This document shows, piece by piece, positions 56,565 through 64,000 of a DNA stretch of 64,000 bases. The notes under the pieces are model-generated. The model had not been told where the DNA came from. It did not search any database and was given only the letters and a program-made list of their open reading frames with translations. Origin of the DNA: Candidatus Hadarchaeota archaeon (GTDB taxonomy: Archaea > CAYQAE01 > CAYVLA01); NCBI GenBank assembly GCA_964452145.1, contig CAYVLA010000001.1:32001-96000 (forward strand). Reading direction: 5' to 3'. Position 1 is the first letter of the stretch; every line of letters starts with the position of its first letter. Both the position numbers and the translations under genes were made by a program.

Positions 56565-57593
56565 CTAGGCGACCTTTCTCGACGCTTGCGTCCTGGCCGA
56601 CTCGAGCAAGCCGCAGATCGTGCGAGTGACCCACAAGCCGTCTTGGCCCGTCACCAAGGGTTCCTGGCCGTCCAGCACACAGTCGACGAAATGCCAAATG
56701 CTGGCCCGGACGAAGCCCAACTGCCTTCCATGAAGTTCGTATGCTCCAAGCACGTCCGGGTTCTCCCGCCTCTGAGTTGTGTATTTCTCAACGAGGCTGC
56801 TGTGGCTTGCGTTGACGTTGAAGCTTCCCCTTTCCCCCACGAACTGTAGATATAGATCGTAAACTGCAGGATGGGTTTCAGGGAGGATCCAGCAGTTCTC
56901 GATGCTGGCCACAGCACCGGAACGGAACTGTATGATGCTCTGGTAAAAATCCGGGGTGTCGATCCCCATAGACGAGAGAACCCCCGAACCCGAGACGGCG
57001 TAAACTTCCGTCGGGTCGCTGCCCAGAATCCATCTGCAGAGGTCAACCACGTGGCTACCGAGGAACCATAGGACGTTTGATCTCTGAGCCCAGGCGAGCA
57101 TCTTGGTTGGGACGTAGATAGTGTCGTTGAGCCTTGTCTGAACGAACCTTGGCGACCCCATCTCACCTTGGTCTATGGCTCGCTTAAGCGAGACGAAGGG
57201 AGGCGACCACCGGTTATGAAAGTCCACCATGAGCACCGAACCGGATCTTCTGAAGGCCGAGAGGATGGCGCTGGCGTCCTCCACCGTTGTGGCCATCGGC
57301 TTTTCAAGCAGCACCCCCAGACCGGATTCCGCGGCACAGACGGCAGGATCGAGGTGCAGGAAGTCAGGGGTGGCGATCGACACAGCATCCAAGTCGCCCT
57401 TCTGAATCATATCGGCATAGTCGGCATAGTAGTCGCAGCCATATCTGGTTGCGAGCTGCGTCCCCCTTCCCCGGTCGACGTCGCAGACTGCTGCCAGCTT
57501 GGATCTGTGGTATGTCGCATAGGCCTCGGCGTGAACCGATCCAAATGTTCCTACGCCGACTACGCCGACATTTAGGACCTTCCCCGTCCCCAT
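56565..57593 (-). CDS. Gfo/Idh/MocA family oxidoreductase
   Basis: GVVGVGTFG, ATPDFLH, LEKPMA, GSHVVD. Confidence 0.92.
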   Translation of the reverse strand: MGTGKVLNVGVVGVGTFGSVHAEAYATYHRSKLAAVCDVDRGRGTQLATRYGCDYYADYADMIQKGDLDAVSIATPDFLHLDPAVCAAESGLGVLLEKPMATTVEDASAILSAFRRSGSVLMVDFHNRWSPPFVSLKRAIDQGEMGSPRFVQTRLNDTIYVPTKMLAWAQRSNVLWFLGSHVVDLCRWILGSDPTEVYAVSGSGVLSSMGIDTPDFYQSIIQFRSGAVASIENCWILPETHPAVYDLYLQFVGERGSFNVNASHSSLVEKYTTQRRENPDVLGAYELHGRQLGFVRASIWHFVDCVLDGQEPLVTGQDGLWVTRTICGLLESARTQASRKVA

Positions 57594-57599
57594 CCCTCC

Positions 57600-58958
57600 T
57601 CATGTCTTGCATAAGCTGCTCTCAACGACCCGGGCGGTATCCTCGCTCAGTGCCTCGGCTTCCTTTCGAGTCTCGGCTTCGCAGATGACCCTCACGATTG
57701 GTTCGGTGCCTGACTTCCTAACGTAGATCCAACTTGACCCGCGCATGACCCGTATGCCGTCGGTTAGATCTATCCGTTCTCCCTCAAAGTGTTTTCTGAC
57801 CTCCTCTAGCAGCATCTTCGACCGGGCGGCATCACACGGGATGCTCCTCTTCACCATGTAGTATCGGGGCAGCTCTCTGGTCAGATCGGTGAGCTTCCCA
57901 CCGGACTGGCACAATCCCTGCAGGATCAAGGCCATCGCCGCCGGTCCATCCCTGGCGTACTGGATGGCGGGATTGATGACGCCTCCGTTGCCCTCGCCCC
58001 CTATGACTGCCCCGACCTCCTTCATCTTCTCAACGACATGAACCTCGCCAACCGCCGACCTGCTGTGGGGACAGCCGTACTTCTCTGCGATGTCCTCGAC
58101 GGCCTTGGTTGTTGCGACATTGGTGACGACCGGGCCCCTCCTCTGCTGAAGAACGAACTCAGTTGCCAAGGCGATGGAATACTCCTCACCCAAAGCGACG
58201 CCCTTCTCGGTCACGATCGAGATGCGATCCCCGTCGGGGTCCGTCGCGAAGCCGATATCCGCCCCGCTCTCAACGACGCGGCGGCACAGATCCTTCAGGT
58301 TCGCTGCCGTTGGTTCGGGCCCCCTGGGAAAAGTGCCAGTAGCATCACAGTTGACGGGGATGGCTTCGCAGCCGAGCCTTTCCAGGAGGAGCTTGAGGAT
58401 GCCGGAAGATGCGCTGTTGCAGCAATCGATTGCCACGGAAGGTGCTCTAGCTGAGATTGCACGGGCATCCGTGGCTTGGAGGATGTGTTCTGCGTGCCGA
58501 TGGGCCCCGTCAGGGACGTCGACAACCTCACCGACCCCATCCCACCGGGCGTATCGGACTTCCTTGGTCCGGTATGTCCGGATCAGCTTCCTGCCTTGTT
58601 GACCATTCAGGAAGACTCCCGTGCGATCGATGAACTTCATGGCGTTCCACTCGATGGGATTGTGGGACGCCGTGATGGCAATGCCGCCGTCCGCGCCGCG
58701 GCTCCAGACCGAGAACTGTATCGTGGGCGTCGTCGCTATTCCCAGGTCCAAGACCCTGCACCCCGCTGCCTGAAGGCCCGCGGCCACGGCGTCTCTCATC
58801 ATCCTCCCCGATATCCGGGCATCCCGTCCTATGACGACCGTCCCACCCGTGCAGTATGTGCCGAAGGCTGCCGAAAACCTTGAGACGATGTCCGGGGTCA
58901 GTGCCTCGCCCACGATGCCCCTGACGCCCGAAACGCTGATCATGAGGGAATCCAACAT
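57600..58958 (-). CDS. glmM: Phosphoglucosamine mutase / phosphomannomutase
   Basis: SVSGVRG, ITASHNP, DPDGDR, GGEGNGG, RKSGTEP. Confidence 0.88.
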   Translation of the reverse strand: MLDSLMISVSGVRGIVGEALTPDIVSRFSAAFGTYCTGGTVVIGRDARISGRMMRDAVAAGLQAAGCRVLDLGIATTPTIQFSVWSRGADGGIAITASHNPIEWNAMKFIDRTGVFLNGQQGRKLIRTYRTKEVRYARWDGVGEVVDVPDGAHRHAEHILQATDARAISARAPSVAIDCCNSASSGILKLLLERLGCEAIPVNCDATGTFPRGPEPTAANLKDLCRRVVESGADIGFATDPDGDRISIVTEKGVALGEEYSIALATEFVLQQRRGPVVTNVATTKAVEDIAEKYGCPHSRSAVGEVHVVEKMKEVGAVIGGEGNGGVINPAIQYARDGPAAMALILQGLCQSGGKLTDLTRELPRYYMVKRSIPCDAARSKMLLEEVRKHFEGERIDLTDGIRVMRGSSWIYVRKSGTEPIVRVICEAETRKEAEALSEDTARVVESSLCKT

Positions 58959-59009
58959 CTCACCCGGCAGGCCTGTCGATGATCGACCCTCGAAAACTGA
59001 AAAAGGTGA

Positions 59010-59762
59010 TCACTCCCCATCAAAGGATGCCGAGACCTGCGAGGGGATTCGTGTGAAGGTCGCCCCTTCTGGTCCCAAGCCGACCGAGTCCAGCAAGGAG
59101 GGCAATTGCCTCAGCGAGTCCAGGACCTCCTTGGCACCGTGTTTTGTCAACTCATCAGCGGGCAGGGTGCGCAGTCGTTCGGTGAACCTGAGCACAGCTA
59201 TGCCTGTCAAACCCGCAGCGGCCGCGGCAACCATATCGCTGGAATCATCGCCAACATAAAAGCCTCGATTACACCCGAGATCGCGCACGCAACCAATCAG
59301 CTTGTCCGGAGCCGGCTTGGCTCTCCCAGGGCTCTCGCGCCCCCACACGGCCCGGAGAAACCTCCAAATCCGGAATCTTCGCGCCGTTGCCCGGATCACT
59401 CTGATGGAATTCGAGCTGACGACCCCTATGCCGTAGCCGCTCTGGTTCAGCTGATCAAGAACCTCCTTGGCCCCCGGCAGAAGGATTGTCCTGCCCAGAG
59501 CCTCATACTCGCCCGCGGCCATGGCCTGATCCAGGAGTCTTCTCACGCTTCCCTCTTCCCCACGGTCCCTGAGGTGGCGGTCGACGATCTTGGTGTACGA
59601 ACGAAAAGAGCCCTCAGCCGGATTCACAAAGCCTTCCAGTCCGACTGAGCGTGTCGCACGAAGGAGATGCTCGAGCATGATCCGCCTATCCAACTTCAGG
59701 TCGACCAAGGTCAAGTCATAGTCGAAGACAACGCATGTCTCACGGATGTCTGGAGTTGCCAT
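59010..59762 (-). CDS. HAD-superfamily hydrolase (phosphoglycolate-phosphatase-like)
   Basis: FDYDLTL, VSSN, KPAPD, VGDDSSDM; TTAATAAG about 25 nt upstream of ATG 59762. Confidence 0.88.
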   Translation of the reverse strand: MATPDIRETCVVFDYDLTLVDLKLDRRIMLEHLLRATRSVGLEGFVNPAEGSFRSYTKIVDRHLRDRGEEGSVRRLLDQAMAAGEYEALGRTILLPGAKEVLDQLNQSGYGIGVVSSNSIRVIRATARRFRIWRFLRAVWGRESPGRAKPAPDKLIGCVRDLGCNRGFYVGDDSSDMVAAAAAGLTGIAVLRFTERLRTLPADELTKHGAKEVLDSLRQLPSLLDSVGLGPEGATFTRIPSQVSASFDGE

Positions 59763-60100
59763 TGCTCCTTCCTTTGACCCTGGCTTATTAAGGAGACCAA
59801 GGCACGGCATCGAAATCACAGAAGGCGCGTTCAGGACCCCGGAGGTTGGGCGTCAGACTTTGTGGTTGACGCACGATCTGAGTCGACGGTGTTCGGCCCT
59901 GAGGCCGCATTGCCCAATCCTCCACGGCAGGAACCTTCCGATCGTAGGGAAATGGAGCGATCAGTCACCTAAGATTTTTCAGCGAGCCCGCGTTGTGCCA
60001 ACTAGGTCAACACACGGCTATGCTCTCATGATCCGCAATCACGAGTGTCCGGTTGTGATGGGTTCACAGTTTGGCGGAGCTGGGGCTGTAGCTCACAGGA

Positions 60101-60547
60101 ATGTGGTTGCCATTGTCTACCAGGACCATTGTCTCTGCCGGCGGGATAGTCTACCGTAGGAGCGAGGGGAACTTCTTCTTCGTCTTGGTCGGCAGGCGCC
60201 GAGGTAACTACTGGTGTCTGCCGAAGGGGAGGGTGGAGGAGAACGAGACCGAAATAGACGCCGCGAAGCGGGAGGTCTTTGAGGAGACGGGACTTGCAGA
60301 TGTGCAGGTCGGCGAGAAGATCGGAACCATCTGCTATGAGTTCTACCGCCGGTCCGCGGATACTCATTACCAGAAGTTCGTACACTTCTACCTCATGGCG
60401 GCCGGATCCATCAACCTGAACGTCGGCTCGGAGTTCGATCGAGCGATGTGGTTCACGCCCCGCGATGCTCTAAACATGGTCAGCCACACTAAGGAGAAGG
60501 AGATAGTCCTTAAGGCGATCCAGATGCTCGGCCTTTCGAAGATGTGA
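60101..60547 (+). CDS. Nudix hydrolase (Ap4A-hydrolase-like)
   Basis: SAGGIV, WCLPKG.VEENETEIDAAKREVFEETG Nudix box. Confidence 0.92.
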   Translation: MWLPLSTRTIVSAGGIVYRRSEGNFFFVLVGRRRGNYWCLPKGRVEENETEIDAAKREVFEETGLADVQVGEKIGTICYEFYRRSADTHYQKFVHFYLMAAGSINLNVGSEFDRAMWFTPRDALNMVSHTKEKEIVLKAIQMLGLSKM

Positions 60548-60548
60548 G

Positions 60549-60953
60549 ATGATGGCGGCCCCGGGAATCCTCGGAATTGGAGTTGATCTGGTGCATGTCG
60601 AGAGAATCCGCCGGGCCATGGAGAGGACAGGCGATCATTTCCTGAGCTCGGTGTTCACCGAGGCTGAGAGGTCCTACTGCAAGAGATTCTCCGACCCCTG
60701 CCCTCATCTTGCCGCCCGGTTCGCAGCAAAGGAGAGCGTCATGAAGTGCATGGGTTCCTTCATTCGGCCCTTAGAGATAGAGATCACCAACGAGGCTTGT
60801 GGCAGACCCGCTGTTCTCCTTCACGGATCGGCCGGGCAGATCGCCCGCAGCAAGGGAATCCAACGAATCATGATCAGCCTCAGCCACAGCGGCGGGCTTG
60901 CCATCGCGCAGGCCGTGGCCCTGTCCGACGCGACTAGGTCGCCTTCTCCTTGA
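60549..60953 (+). CDS. acpS: Holo-[acyl-carrier-protein] synthase (AcpS-type phosphopantetheinyl transferase)
   Basis: GIGVDLV, VFTEAERSYC, LAARFAAKESVMK, GRP, ISLSHS. Confidence 0.95.
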   Translation: MMAAPGILGIGVDLVHVERIRRAMERTGDHFLSSVFTEAERSYCKRFSDPCPHLAARFAAKESVMKCMGSFIRPLEIEITNEACGRPAVLLHGSAGQIARSKGIQRIMISLSHSGGLAIAQAVALSDATRSPSP

Positions 60954-61179
60954 GCCTTCTCTTGACGTAGTCGATGGTCTTGCCGACCGTTGTGTTCTTC
61001 TCAGCATCCTCCAGGGGCACGTCGATGTCGAACTCCTCTTCTGCCGCGGCGACCAACTCTATGGTGTCTATGCTCTCGACTCCAAAGTCCTCGACGAATC
61101 GGGATTCCGGTGTGATCCGGTCCTCCTCGATGCCAAGGATGTCCACTATGATCTTGATCATCCTCTCCTCGACGGACAT
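60934..61179 (-). CDS. acpP: Acyl carrier protein
   Basis: 81-aa acidic protein: IIVDILG..ITPESRFVEDFGVESIDTIELV..EEEFDI..EDAEK..TVGKTIDYV; attachment Ser retained. Confidence 0.92.
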   Translation of the reverse strand: MSVEERMIKIIVDILGIEEDRITPESRFVEDFGVESIDTIELVAAAEEEFDIDVPLEDAEKNTTVGKTIDYVKRRLKEKAT

Positions 61180-61183
61180 ACTG

Positions 61184-62464
61184 CTACGACCTCGCACGCT
61201 TCCTCCGGTCCCGCCTTATCAACGTTTCCCTCTCATCCGAGGTCATCTCGAACACCCGCCTAAGCATGTCCACTTCCTCATCCAGAAGCTGGACACCCCT
61301 CCTAGACATCGTCTTCCTGGCCGTTTCGATCAGGCTTTCGAACCCAAGGCCACCTCGGATCCGATTCCTGTGGAGAAGGCAGAAGGAGGGAATGTTCTTC
61401 GGGGAGACATCGCCGCTCGGCATGAGGATGCTCATGACGCCGACCACCGTGCCCGTGTTGAGCAGCGTCCCGATCCCTGTCTTGACGTGGTCGGCTATGG
61501 CGGAACCGATCTTGGTCTTGGACGTATCCACCAATCGTCCCCGCAGAAAGACCTGAACCTCTGAGTAGTCGTTCTTGAGATCGCTATTGGTAGTCAGCGC
61601 GCCCAGGTTGACCCACTCGCCGATGTAGCTGTGCCCGATGAAGCCTGAGTGATACTTGTTGGAGAAGCCATGGAAGATGCTCTCCTCCACCTCCCCTCCG
61701 ATCCTGCAGGCGGGACCGATCGAGCACCCCTCTCTTACCTTGCCTCCGACTATATGGGAGTTCTTCCCTATGAAGGCCGGTCCCTCGATGCGCGTGTTCG
61801 GGAACACCCTGACGCCCTCGTCCACGTATATCGGGCCGCCAGTTGTGTCGAGGACCACGAGCGGGTCGATCCTGGCCGAGGGAGCCACGTATACCAACGC
61901 CTCATCTCCGACGATGAATGATCCCTTTTCCATACGCCCCACAATCCCCGATCTCCCCAGTCGCCGGAAGTCGTCTGCGAGGGCTCTTCCGTTGCCCAGA
62001 ACTAGATCCCAGATATGGTTGGCCATCGTCGCCTTGGCTTCCACCTGGTCGCATTCGCCCACAAGGTGTCTGAGGAATTCGTTGAAATCGGGATCGAGGC
62101 TCCTCTTCACCGTCTGTCTGCCCGCCCGGACGTAGACGATTTCCGTCCCTCTCATGCCGACCTCATCGTTGTTCCCATCGACCTGTATCTTCTCGGGATC
62201 GAGGACTCTTCCATTGAGAAGTAACAGGTCATCCCTTCCTAGGGCCTTTGTGGAGTCCACTTGAACCTGCATGGCCCGCCTTGTCGTCGCAGCAAGATGG
62301 GGTCTGGTGAAGACGCCGCCGAGGGGCACACCTGTGATGCGGGCATCCCTTCTGTACAGCTCCTCCATGCCCATTCTCAGGCAGAAGACCGGCCTCGTCA
62401 GGGACAAGGGATGGAAGTCCTCAGACTTGGCATCCTCAAACAGACACAGCCTCATTTCATTCAC
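61184..62464 (-). CDS. Alternative GlmU-like sugar nucleotidyltransferase / hexapeptide-repeat acyltransferase
   Basis: LFED..FHPLSLTRPVFCLRMG, LLNGR, GPIYVD, IGGEVEES, SNKYHSGFIGHSYIGEWVNLGA.T.NSDLKNDY, DHVKTGI. Confidence 0.88.
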   Translation of the reverse strand: MNEMRLCLFEDAKSEDFHPLSLTRPVFCLRMGMEELYRRDARITGVPLGGVFTRPHLAATTRRAMQVQVDSTKALGRDDLLLLNGRVLDPEKIQVDGNNDEVGMRGTEIVYVRAGRQTVKRSLDPDFNEFLRHLVGECDQVEAKATMANHIWDLVLGNGRALADDFRRLGRSGIVGRMEKGSFIVGDEALVYVAPSARIDPLVVLDTTGGPIYVDEGVRVFPNTRIEGPAFIGKNSHIVGGKVREGCSIGPACRIGGEVEESIFHGFSNKYHSGFIGHSYIGEWVNLGALTTNSDLKNDYSEVQVFLRGRLVDTSKTKIGSAIADHVKTGIGTLLNTGTVVGVMSILMPSGDVSPKNIPSFCLLHRNRIRGGLGFESLIETARKTMSRRGVQLLDEEVDMLRRVFEMTSDERETLIRRDRRKRARS

Positions 62465-63659
62465 CCTTCTTGACTATCCGGTGAGTTTCGGTTGCTATTA
62501 CCTGCTCCTCATCCGTCGGGATGACCAATACGGTGACAGGAGAGTCGTCCCGGCTGATCTTCATCTCGGTTGCCACGCATTTCCCGTTGCGATCGGGGTC
62601 GATCTGAATGCCCAGACCCTCCAGACCTTCGCAGATAAGGGCCCTCATCTCGGCTGACCTCTCGCCGATTCCGGCTGTGAAGATGAGACAATCCAAGCCG
62701 CCAATGGCTGCCATGTAGGCACCGATGTACTTCCTTGCCCTGTAGGCGAAAACCTCGAGTGCCAGCCTCGCCCTGTCATTCCCTTGGTGGCTTGCCTCAA
62801 GCAGCGTCTTGACGTCGTTGGATATTCCGGAGATTCCAAACAGCCCGCTGCTCTTGTTGAGCATCTCCTCTACATCCTCCAAGTCGTAACCCCTCTTGGC
62901 TACGAGGAAGAAGATCACCGAAGGGTCCAGGTCCCCGCTTCTTGTGCCCATCACAAGTCCTTCCAATGGAGTGAAACCCATGCTGGTGTCGACAACTTCC
63001 CCATCCCTTATCGCCGCCATGCTGCATCCGTTTCCCAGATGGCATGTGATCATCCTGTAGCCCCGCGGGGATTTCCCCAGGATCTCTAGGGCGCGGTTTG
63101 ATACGTACCGGTGGGAGGTTCCGTGGAACCCATATCTGCGGATTCGATGCGTCTCATATAGCTTCAGCGGAATTGCATACAGATACGAGGTCCTCGGCAT
63201 CGTCTGGTGGAAGGCAGTGTCGAAGACGGCCACATGGGGAACTCCCGGGAAGAACTCCATAGCTATCCTCATTCCCAGAAGATTGACCGGGTTGTGCAGG
63301 GGAGCCAGGTCTTCGAATTCCTGTATGACACGAAGCACCTCATCGGTGACCTCGACCGATTCGTAGAATCTGTCGCCTCCGTGGACAACCCTGTGTCCGA
63401 CGGCCTCGATTTCCGACAGCCGCTGGATGACACCGGTCTCCGGATTCAGGAGATGATCGAGCATCATCCTGAACGCGTCGTTGTGAGTGGCTATCTGCGT
63501 CTCTTTGGCAAGCGTGCCGCGATAAGTCCTCTGGCTGAAGCTCGAATTAGGGGCTCCGATTCTCTCGATCAGCCCATCCGCCAATACCTTTCCCCGATCG
63601 GGATCCGATAATCGGTACTTCAGCGATGAGCTCCCAGTGTTCAGGGTCAGGATCTTCAT
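62457..63659 (-). CDS. ackA: Acetate kinase
   Basis: LNTGSSSLK, GHRVVHGG, LAPLHN, FDTAFH, YGFHGTSH, HLGNGCS, MGTRSGD, FTAGIGE, TDEE. Confidence 0.97.
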   Translation of the reverse strand: MKILTLNTGSSSLKYRLSDPDRGKVLADGLIERIGAPNSSFSQRTYRGTLAKETQIATHNDAFRMMLDHLLNPETGVIQRLSEIEAVGHRVVHGGDRFYESVEVTDEVLRVIQEFEDLAPLHNPVNLLGMRIAMEFFPGVPHVAVFDTAFHQTMPRTSYLYAIPLKLYETHRIRRYGFHGTSHRYVSNRALEILGKSPRGYRMITCHLGNGCSMAAIRDGEVVDTSMGFTPLEGLVMGTRSGDLDPSVIFFLVAKRGYDLEDVEEMLNKSSGLFGISGISNDVKTLLEASHQGNDRARLALEVFAYRARKYIGAYMAAIGGLDCLIFTAGIGERSAEMRALICEGLEGLGIQIDPDRNGKCVATEMKISRDDSPVTVLVIPTDEEQVIATETHRIVKKGE

Positions 63660-64000
63660 CCACACACCCTGGCCTGGAGGGAGGTGACCAGTATCGTGCC
63701 GATGATCTCCTCCACCGACGCGCCCCTCGACAGGTCGTTGATGGGCCGTCGGAATCCCTGCATGAACGGCCCATACGCATTCGCATGGGCCAAGTGCTGC
63801 ACGAGCTTGTATGCTATGTTGCCCGCATCGAGATCCGGGAAGATAAGCACGTTGGCCCTGCCTCCCAGTATGCCTTCCGCCCTCTTCCTGACCGCGATCT
63901 CAGGGACGATTGCAGCATCTGCCTGCAACTCGCCATCCAGTCGGAGATCCGGAGCAAGAGACCTAGCAATTCCCGTGGCCTTGGCCACCTTGCTGACATC
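63656..64000 (-). CDS. pta: Phosphate acetyltransferase, C-terminal part (runs off window)
   Basis: DGELQADAA, ANVLIFPDLDAGNIAYK, GP.MQG..PINDLSRG; stop overlaps ackA ATG (ATGA). Confidence 0.93.
   Translation of the reverse strand, partial: DVSKVAKATGIARSLAPDLRLDGELQADAAIVPEIAVRKRAEGILGGRANVLIFPDLDAGNIAYKLVQHLAHANAYGPFMQGFRRPINDLSRGASVEEIIGTILVTSLQARVCG

Noticed and set aside
1..64000. CRISPR array, IS element, prophage or rRNA
   Set aside because: No regularly spaced repeats, transposase/integrase/capsid motifs or rRNA signature sequences were seen

Overview
A GC-rich (roughly 60% by eye) archaeal chromosomal segment. The archaeal markers are proteasome alpha/beta, TFE, Trm56, aIF6, L31e/L39e/LX/S19e, prefoldin alpha, SRP54/FtsY and TATA-box promoters; the lineage cannot be fixed from the sequence alone. 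No CRISPR array, transposase, integrase or rRNA was seen. Housekeeping blocks are interleaved with bacterial-style accessory modules. (i) A five-subunit cytoplasmic [NiFe]-hydrogenase whose NuoF/HydB-like subunit is fused to a GltD/NfnB-like FAD/NADP(H) module; it is preceded by a palindromic operator and a small ribbon-helix-helix gene, and followed by ferritin and rubredoxin. (ii) A LigD ligase-polymerase fusion. (iii) A paralogous family of membrane-anchored surface proteins. (iv) At the right end, the most unusual locus: a pta-ackA-(alternative GlmU-like)-acyl carrier protein operon converging on a Nudix-acpS pair, i.e. an ACP/AcpS system in an archaeon. Items absent from the supplied ORF track but read from the sequence: partial ychF, a 28-aa membrane microprotein, rubredoxin, rpl39e, tRNA-Leu(CAG) and a tRNA-Arg(GCG) with a D-loop insertion (probable non-canonical intron) that overlaps the stop codon of the upstream gene. 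All product calls rest on motif recognition, not database searches.
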